Position numbers and translations under genes: made by a program
Notes under the pieces: model-generated
The model's input: the letters and a program-made list of their open reading frames with translations, nothing else
What the model was told of the DNA's origin: nothing
Database searches by the model: none
In this document: positions 14,017-18,127 of the stretch, one piece after another
Layout: every line of letters starts with the position of its first letter
Numbering within the stretch: the stretch's first letter is position 1
Source of the DNA: a virus
Taxonomy: Duplodnaviria; Heunggongvirae; Uroviricota; Caudoviricetes
DNA length: 18,127 nucleotides
Reading direction: 5' to 3' (one strand)
Virus record (IMG/VR): IMGVR_UViG_3300014539_000123

Positions 14017-16488
14017 ATGAGTAAAGTCTTTATTTGCGCCGCTATTCCTGACGAACTGGCAACAAGGGAAGAAGGCGCTGTGGCTGTAGCCACAGCCATT
14101 GAAGCTGGCGACGAACGCCGTGCTCGAGCAAAATTTCACTGGCAATTCCTGGAACATTATCCGGCTGCTCAGGACTGCGCTTATAAATTTATTGTCTGCG
14201 AGGATAAACCTGGCATACCCCGCCCTGCCCTCGATTCATGGGATGCTGAATATATGCAGGAAAACCGCTGGGATGAGGAGTCTGCTTCTTTTGTCCCGGT
14301 TGAGACTGAATCCGATCCGATGAACGTCACTTTTGACAAGCTGGCCCCTGAAGTACAGAACGCTGTCATGGTTAAGTTCGACACATGTGAAAACATCACC
14401 GTTGATATGGTTATTAGCGCACAGGAATTGTTGCAGGAAGACATGGCAACATTCGACGGACATATCGTTGAAGCGTTGATGAAAATGCCAGAAGTTAACG
14501 CCATGTATCCGGAGCTTAAGTTGCACGCCATTGGGTGGGTTAAGCATAAATGTATTCCTGGTGCTAAATGGCCCGAAATTCAGGCAGAGATGCGCATCTG
14601 GAAAAAACGTCGCGAAGGTGAACGCAAGGAAACCGGAAAATACACGTCTGTTGTTGATCTCGCCCGCGCCAGAGCCAATCAACAGTACACTGAAAATTCA
14701 ACAGGAAAAATCAGCCCGGTCATTGCTGCCATTCATCGCGAATACAAGCAGACATGGAAAACACTGGATGACGAACTGGCCTACGCTCTCTGGCCTAGTG
14801 ATGTGGATGCCGGAAACATTGACGGCAGCATCCATCGCTGGGCAAAAAAAGAAGTTATCGACAACGACCGCGAAGACTGGAAGCGTATCTCGGCATCAAT
14901 GCGCAAACAGCCTGATGCCCTTCGCTACGACCGCCAAACTATTTTTGGCCTTGTCCGTGAGCGTCCGATCGACATTCACAAAGATCCCGTAGCACTGAAC
15001 AAATATATCTGCGAATACCTGACGACAAAGGGCGTGTTTGAGAATGAAGAAACAGACCTGGGCACTGTTGATGTTCTCCAGTCATCAGAAACACAAACTG
15101 ATGCAGTGGAAACTGAGGTATCTGATATCCCAAAAAATGAAACCGCGCCGGAAGCTGAACCATCTGTAGAGCGTGAGGGGCCGTTCTATTTCCTCTTCGC
15201 AGATAAGGACGGAGAAAAATACGGTCGCGCAAACAAACTCTCTGGTCTGGATAAGGCACTGGCTGCTGGCGCCACTGAAATCACAAAAGAAGAATATTTT
15301 GCCCGAAAAAATGGCACATACACGGGCTTACCGCAAAATGTAGATACCGCTGAAGATTCAGAACAACCAGAGCCGATAAAAGTTACCGCTGACGAAGTAA
15401 ACAAAATTATGCAGGCAGCCAATATCAGCCAGCCTGACGCCGATAAGTTGCTTGCTGCATCACGTGGTGAATTTGTTGAAGGGATTAGTGACCCGAATGA
15501 TCCGAAATGGGTTAAGGGGCTCCAGACCCGCGATTCTGTGAACCAGAACCAGCATGAATCGGAACGGAACTACCAAAAAGCGGAACAAAACAGTCCAAAT
15601 GCGTTACAAAACGAGCCAGAAACGAAACAGCCTGAACCAGTAGCGCAACAGGAAGTGGAAAAAGTCTGCACCGCCTGCGGTCAGACCGGCGGCGGCAACT
15701 GCCCTGATTGTGGCGCGGTGATGGGCGACGCAACATACCAAGAAACATTCGATGAAGAGTATCAGGTTGAAGTTCAGGAAGATGATCCGGAGGAAATGGA
15801 AGGCGCTGAACATCCACACAAGGAGAACACTGGCGGCAATCAGCATCACAATAGCGATAATGAAACTGGCGAGACGGCAGATCACCCAATTAAGGTGAAC
15901 GGTCATCACGAAATCACATCCACCAGCAGGACGTGTGACCATCTAATGATCGACCTTGAAACCATGGGAAAAAATCCTGATGCCCCGATCATCTCAATAG
16001 GTGCAATATTTTTCGATCCGCAAACCGGAGATATGGGACCGGAATTTAGTAAGACTATCGATCTGGAAACTGCTGGCGGAGTCATTGATCGGGACACCAT
16101 TAAATGGTGGCTTAAGCAATCACGCGAAGCGCAATCTGCCATTATGACCGATGAAATCCCGTTAGATGATGCACTGTTACAATTGCGAGAATTTATCGAC
16201 GAAAACTCCGGTGAATTTTTTGTTCAGGTTTGGGGAAATGGAGCCAACTTCGACAACACGATTTTGCGCCGTTCATACGAACGGCAGGGGATCCCCTGCC
16301 CGTGGCGTTACTACAACGATCGCGATGTACGCACAATCGTTGAGCTGGGGAAAGCCATAGACTTCGATGCCAGAACGGCTATTCCATTCGAAGGTGAGCG
16401 CCATAATGCACTTGATGACGCCCGTTACCAGGCAAAATACGTTTCAGTTATCTGGCAAAAACTGATCCCGAGTCAGGCTGATTCTTAA
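14017..16488 (+). CDS. ydfE: large ydfE-class nuclease (823 aa from ATG 14017): N-terminal domain of unknown function, RecE-like central linker with C-x2-C...C-x2-C zinc ribbon, C-terminal DEDDh 3'-5' exonuclease domain
   Basis: ATG at 14017 with SD gagg 9 nt upstream; the ORF track extends to TTG 13981. C-terminal motifs MIDLET (Exo I, D-x-E), GNGANFDNTIL (Exo II), HNALDDARYQAKY (Exo III). Central ADKLLAASRGEFVEGISDPNDPKW...CTACGQTGGGNCPDCGAV resembles the middle of Rac RecE as I recall it. Symbol from position after ydfD. Confidence 0.75.
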   Translation: MSKVFICAAIPDELATREEGAVAVATAIEAGDERRARAKFHWQFLEHYPAAQDCAYKFIVCEDKPGIPRPALDSWDAEYMQENRWDEESASFVPVETESDPMNVTFDKLAPEVQNAVMVKFDTCENITVDMVISAQELLQEDMATFDGHIVEALMKMPEVNAMYPELKLHAIGWVKHKCIPGAKWPEIQAEMRIWKKRREGERKETGKYTSVVDLARARANQQYTENSTGKISPVIAAIHREYKQTWKTLDDELAYALWPSDVDAGNIDGSIHRWAKKEVIDNDREDWKRISASMRKQPDALRYDRQTIFGLVRERPIDIHKDPVALNKYICEYLTTKGVFENEETDLGTVDVLQSSETQTDAVETEVSDIPKNETAPEAEPSVEREGPFYFLFADKDGEKYGRANKLSGLDKALAAGATEITKEEYFARKNGTYTGLPQNVDTAEDSEQPEPIKVTADEVNKIMQAANISQPDADKLLAASRGEFVEGISDPNDPKWVKGLQTRDSVNQNQHESERNYQKAEQNSPNALQNEPETKQPEPVAQQEVEKVCTACGQTGGGNCPDCGAVMGDATYQETFDEEYQVEVQEDDPEEMEGAEHPHKENTGGNQHHNSDNETGETADHPIKVNGHHEITSTSRTCDHLMIDLETMGKNPDAPIISIGAIFFDPQTGDMGPEFSKTIDLETAGGVIDRDTIKWWLKQSREAQSAIMTDEIPLDDALLQLREFIDENSGEFFVQVWGNGANFDNTILRRSYERQGIPCPWRYYNDRDVRTIVELGKAIDFDARTAIPFEGERHNALDDARYQAKYVSVIWQKLIPSQADS

Positions 16489-16560
16489 TGTTCAACTGTC
16501 GCCGGTTGTGACTGGTATTCTGCAACCGGCGCTCGTCTGATGTAAGAGATAAAGAAATCG

Positions 16561-16812
16561 ATGAGCGAAGTAATCATGATTGTCTCTCCCGGCAAATGGG
16601 TATCCGAAGAGCAGTTAATTGCGCTGAAAGGAATAAAAAAAGGTACGTTAAAAAAGGCCCGGGAAAAATCGTTTATGGAAGGAAGGGAATATAAGCATGT
16701 CGCTCATGACGGTATGCCATGGGATAACAGTCCATGCTTTTACAACCTGGAAGAAATTGATCGCTGGATTGAGCGCCAGGCATCAGCGAGACCAAGACGT
16801 CATCTTACTTGA
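16561..16812 (+). CDS. excisionase-like small protein (83 aa)
   Basis: Small basic protein immediately upstream of the integrase on the same strand. Assignment rests on size and position, not on recognised motifs. Confidence 0.5.
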   Translation: MSEVIMIVSPGKWVSEEQLIALKGIKKGTLKKAREKSFMEGREYKHVAHDGMPWDNSPCFYNLEEIDRWIERQASARPRRHLT

Positions 16813-16846
16813 CTAAAAGCCACACTAACTAATGAGAGAAGTTGAA

Positions 16847-18127
16847 ATGAAATATCCGACAGGCGTGGAAAACCATGGAGGGAAATTACGTATCTGGTTT
16901 GTTTATAAAGACGTAAGAGTCAGGGAAAATCTGGGGGTTCCTGACACAGCAAAAAACAGGCGCGTTGCAGGTGAACTACGCTCCTCTGTTTGTTACGCAA
17001 TAAAAACTGGTGTTTTCGACTATGCAAAACAGTTTCCCTCCTCACGCAATCTGGAAAAATTTGGTGAGGCCCGACAAGATTTAACCATAAAAGAACTGGC
17101 TGAAAAATTTCTGGCACTGAAAGAAACTGAAGTCGCCAAAACATCACTCAACACATACCGTGCCGTCATCAAAAATATCCTGAGCATAATCGGTGAAAAA
17201 AATCTTGCCTCATCGATTAATAAAGAAAAATTACTGGAGGTTCGTAAAGAGTTACTGACTGGATACCAGATCCCCAAAAGTAACTATATTGTTACACAAC
17301 CAGGGAGATCGGCTGTAACTGTAAATAATTACATGACAAATCTTAACGCCGTGTTCCAGTTTGGTGTTGATAACGGTTACCTGGCAGATAATCCGTTTAA
17401 GGGGATCTCGCCATTAAAGGAATCAAGAACCATTCCGGATCCTCTTTCGCGGGAAGAATTTATCCGTCTTATCGATGCGTGCAGAAATCAGCAAGCAAAA
17501 AATTTATGGTGTGTTTCTGTTTATACTGGAGTTCGCCCTGGTGAGCTGTGTGCACTTGGATGGGAGGACATAGATCTGAAAAATGGAACAATGATGATCA
17601 GGAGAAATTTAGCAAAAGACCGTTTCACGGTACCAAAAACACAGGCGGGAACCAATCGGGTCATTCATCTTATTAAGCCAGCAATCGACGCTCTCCGGAG
17701 TCAGATGACATTAACGAGACTGAGCAAAGAGCATATCATTGATGTTCACCTCAGAGAGTATGGCAGAACAGAAAAACAAAAATGCACCTTTGTTTTTCAA
17801 CCTGAAGTGTCAGCGAGAGTAAAAAATTATGGTGACCATTTTACCGTTGACTCAATAAGGCAGATGTGGGACGCAGCGATAAAACGTGCCGGACTCCGCC
17901 ATCGAAAATCATATCAGTCGAGACATACTTATGCCTGCTGGTCGCTGACAGCTGGTGCTAACCCGGCATTTATAGCAAACCAGATGGGCCATGCAGATGC
18001 GCAAATGGTATTTCAGGTATACGGAAAATGGATGTCTGAAAACAATAATGCACAGGTAGCTTTGTTAAATACACAGTTAAGCGAGTATGCCCCAACCATG
18101 CCCCATAACGAAGCAATGAAAAATTAA
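16847..18127 (+). CDS. tyrosine site-specific integrase (426 aa from ATG 16847; ORF extends to 16832)
   Basis: C-terminal catalytic region has TGVRPGEL, SRHTYACW and QVYGKW matching the Arg, His-x-x-Arg and Tyr positions of lambda-family integrases. N-terminus MKYPTGVENHGGKLRIWF resembles the arm-binding domain of prophage integrases. Stop codon is the last 3 nt of the window. Confidence 0.85.
   Translation: MKYPTGVENHGGKLRIWFVYKDVRVRENLGVPDTAKNRRVAGELRSSVCYAIKTGVFDYAKQFPSSRNLEKFGEARQDLTIKELAEKFLALKETEVAKTSLNTYRAVIKNILSIIGEKNLASSINKEKLLEVRKELLTGYQIPKSNYIVTQPGRSAVTVNNYMTNLNAVFQFGVDNGYLADNPFKGISPLKESRTIPDPLSREEFIRLIDACRNQQAKNLWCVSVYTGVRPGELCALGWEDIDLKNGTMMIRRNLAKDRFTVPKTQAGTNRVIHLIKPAIDALRSQMTLTRLSKEHIIDVHLREYGRTEKQKCTFVFQPEVSARVKNYGDHFTVDSIRQMWDAAIKRAGLRHRKSYQSRHTYACWSLTAGANPAFIANQMGHADAQMVFQVYGKWMSENNNAQVALLNTQLSEYAPTMPHNEAMKN

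Noticed and set aside
14181-15942. Several minus-strand and alternative-frame ORFs inside the 823-aa nuclease gene (for example 14236..14682, 15512..15889, 15604..15942)
   Set aside because: All are nested in or antisense to a long ORF with clear catalytic motifs, and have no SD and biased composition.

Overview
This window reads as the core of a Qin-type lambdoid (probably defective) prophage of Escherichia coli; every call below rests on reading the sequence and recalling known proteins, with no database search run. On the minus strand, from low to high coordinates: gnsB, a ymcE/ynfN-like gene, cspI, a phage-21-type lysis cassette (Rz/Rz1, SAR endolysin rrrQ, ydfR, pinholin essQ), a cold-shock gene island (cspB, cspF, ynfU-like zinc-ribbon ORF), the late antiterminator quuQ with a candidate late promoter and terminator, ydfU (HNH-motif), rem, and the relB-relE-hokD toxin-antitoxin operon. 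Then come flxA with a sigma-28 promoter, a degraded region with tandem repeats, a lambda-O-like replication initiator carrying five internal iterons, a 10-N assembly gap, the dicC/dicA immunity switch with palindromic operators, the dicB operon (ydfA, ydfB, ydfC, dicF sRNA, dicB, ydfD), an apparently intact ydfE-class protein with a C-terminal DEDDh 3'-5' exonuclease domain, an excisionase-like gene and a tyrosine integrase ending at the window edge. Most content matches well-described K-12 Qin genes. The items most worth a second look are the intact chimeric nuclease, the ori-like iteron array, the candidate late promoter/terminator unit, an unlisted 29-codon hydrophobic ORF, and the repeat-rich junction next to the integrase-like remnant.
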